A DNA stretch of 32,000 nucleotides from Candidatus Saccharimonas aalborgensis. GTDB lineage: Bacteria; Patescibacteriota; Saccharimonadia; Saccharimonadales; Saccharimonadaceae. The translations under genes were made by a program, and so were the position numbers. The notes beneath the pieces were generated by a model. That model made no database searches. It was not told the DNA's origin and was given only the letters and a program-made list of their open reading frames with translations. Every line of letters starts with the position of its first letter. The first letter of the stretch is position 1. Below, one piece after another: positions 30,993 to 32,000 of this stretch. The stretch is from assembly GCF_000392435.1 (NCBI RefSeq), contig NC_021219.1:780001-812000 (forward strand), in the 5' to 3' direction.

Positions 30993-32000
30993 TTATTTAC
31001 CGTCAACTTCAGCGAGAGTGTATGTGGCCTTAGCGACACGTTTGAACTCTGATTTGCTCTGGAGGTTGAGGAGAATAGTCGTCTCCTTGACTTGTCGGCT
31101 TTTGAGTACGCGTTTGACAATTTCGTCGCGGTGGAGGGGCTCCCCCGCTTTTTTGAGCACCTTGGTGATAATATCGCTCACGGTACCCTTGCTATAGCCC
31201 CACTCGTCGAGGGCATAGATACCGCGGCCGATGAGGACAAAGCGCTTGTCTTTGATAAGCTCATTGTGGATGGCCTGCGTGGTCACGTCTTTGCGTTTGA
31301 AATCACTCTGCTTGATCGTTTTTGCGATGTCGCTGAAATGGAGTGGTTTACCACCATCAGCGAGGATAACGTAGATCTTGTCGCGGATATTTTTTGGATT
31401 GACGGTAGGCCATTTGACGAGACCCCATACGTCCTTGAGGCTTGCGAGGAGCTTACTGAGGCTTGCGAGCGCACGAACTTGGTTTGGGTTTTCATAGCTG
31501 AGCATATCGTGGAGCTGCTCGATACCAACTGGTTCGCCATGTTTCTTGATAGTTTTGACGATGTCGTCCACCGAAGCGCGTACTTTCTTTTCGTCGCCAT
31601 ACTCTGCGATACCAACGCCCAGATAGTAATTGTCGTTTTCATTGATAACTATTAGCTTTGGTGATAACTCACCGATAAATGCGACATGCGCTTTGGTTTG
31701 AGCCGAAGGAGCTGTGGTGACAAGGCGCGTCGCGAGGTCTTGCACGCGAGCGACGCGGCCGTTTTCGCTAAGATCGCGAATAATGAGTCGCTCTACGTCG
31801 TGGATGGCTGGTATCTTTCCTTCGTCGGCAGCGATTTTGAGACGGATGAGGATGGCTTTTTCGAGCTGGCGGACGCGCTCGCGAGTGATACCGAGTAACT
31901 CGCCGATTTGTTCCAACGTTTCGCGTCGGTCAAAAAGTCCAAAGCGTCGGGTAATAATCTCACGTTCGCGCTCCTGCTCGATGACACGCAAGATGTCTTC
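30993..32000 (-). CDS. sigma-70 region-4 HTH protein with three tandem HARE-HTH-like domains; 5' end lies outside the window
   Basis: The frame is open to nt 32000. REREIITRRFGLFDRRETLEQIGELLGITRERVRQLEKAILIRLK is a sigma70 region 4 sequence. Three winged-helix repeats follow, of the type KPLHFSDIAKTIK...IHNELIKDKRFVLIGRGIYALDEWGY. Confidence 0.75.
   Translation of the reverse strand, partial: EDILRVIEQEREREIITRRFGLFDRRETLEQIGELLGITRERVRQLEKAILIRLKIAADEGKIPAIHDVERLIIRDLSENGRVARVQDLATRLVTTAPSAQTKAHVAFIGELSPKLIVINENDNYYLGVGIAEYGDEKKVRASVDDIVKTIKKHGEPVGIEQLHDMLSYENPNQVRALASLSKLLASLKDVWGLVKWPTVNPKNIRDKIYVILADGGKPLHFSDIAKTIKQSDFKRKDVTTQAIHNELIKDKRFVLIGRGIYALDEWGYSKGTVSDIITKVLKKAGEPLHRDEIVKRVLKSRQVKETTILLNLQSKSEFKRVAKATYTLAEVDGK

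Noticed and set aside
1-32000. CRISPR arrays, tRNA genes and rRNA genes
   Set aside because: Reading the window showed no regularly spaced 25-40-nt repeats, no GTTCRANYC T-loop with a matching acceptor stem, and no rRNA-conserved blocks.

Overview
The window looks like a bacterial chromosome from a reduced-genome lineage, possibly Patescibacteria/CPR (Saccharibacteria-like). That placement is inferred from gene content only; no search was run. Supporting signs are tight gene packing with ATGA/TAATG overlaps and a stripped-down dcw cluster: mraZ-rsmH-ftsL-ftsI-mraY-ftsW-murG-ftsQ, with no mur ligases and no ftsA/ftsZ. Further signs are a short 331-aa MetK behind a SAM-I riboswitch, a sigma-region-4 plus HARE-HTH protein, and a TraD/VirD4-like ATPase with a long N-terminal domain.

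Gene order, left to right:
- glyQS (3' part), NYN-domain protein, SRPBCC protein, Ldh_2 dehydrogenase, TfoX-N protein, gpsA (-), FKBP isomerase.
- A divergent unknown pair (-), then a four-gene operon holding two CYTH proteins interleaved with two unknowns.
- Excalibur membrane protein, rnhA, SAM-I riboswitch and metK, Pif1 helicase.
- A GC-rich islet with nested inverted repeats and a small Cys-containing ORF (-), then a KwaB/DUF4868-like protein with no KwaA, a GH1 glycosidase and a YvcK-like protein.
- A roughly 110-nt GC-rich three-way-junction palindrome and an IS481-like insertion sequence.
- A consensus promoter driving a near-leaderless 50-aa membrane ORF, a DnaA-box palindrome and GTGGGT repeats upstream of mraZ, then the dcw cluster.
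- A 790-bp AT-rich non-coding block with 22-nt direct repeats and iteron-like repeats.
- On the minus strand, a sigma-r4/HARE-HTH protein, a GC-rich 113-aa gene and a 926-aa T4CP-like ATPase, each with its own near-consensus promoter.

Best candidates for something undescribed:
1. The regulator, small protein and atypical coupling ATPase module, together with the adjacent repeat-bracketed AT-rich block.
2. The orphan KwaB-like gene and its neighbouring GC-rich islet.
3. The dual-CYTH operon.

No tRNA, rRNA or CRISPR array was seen. All family assignments come from reading motifs in the translations, not from database searches.
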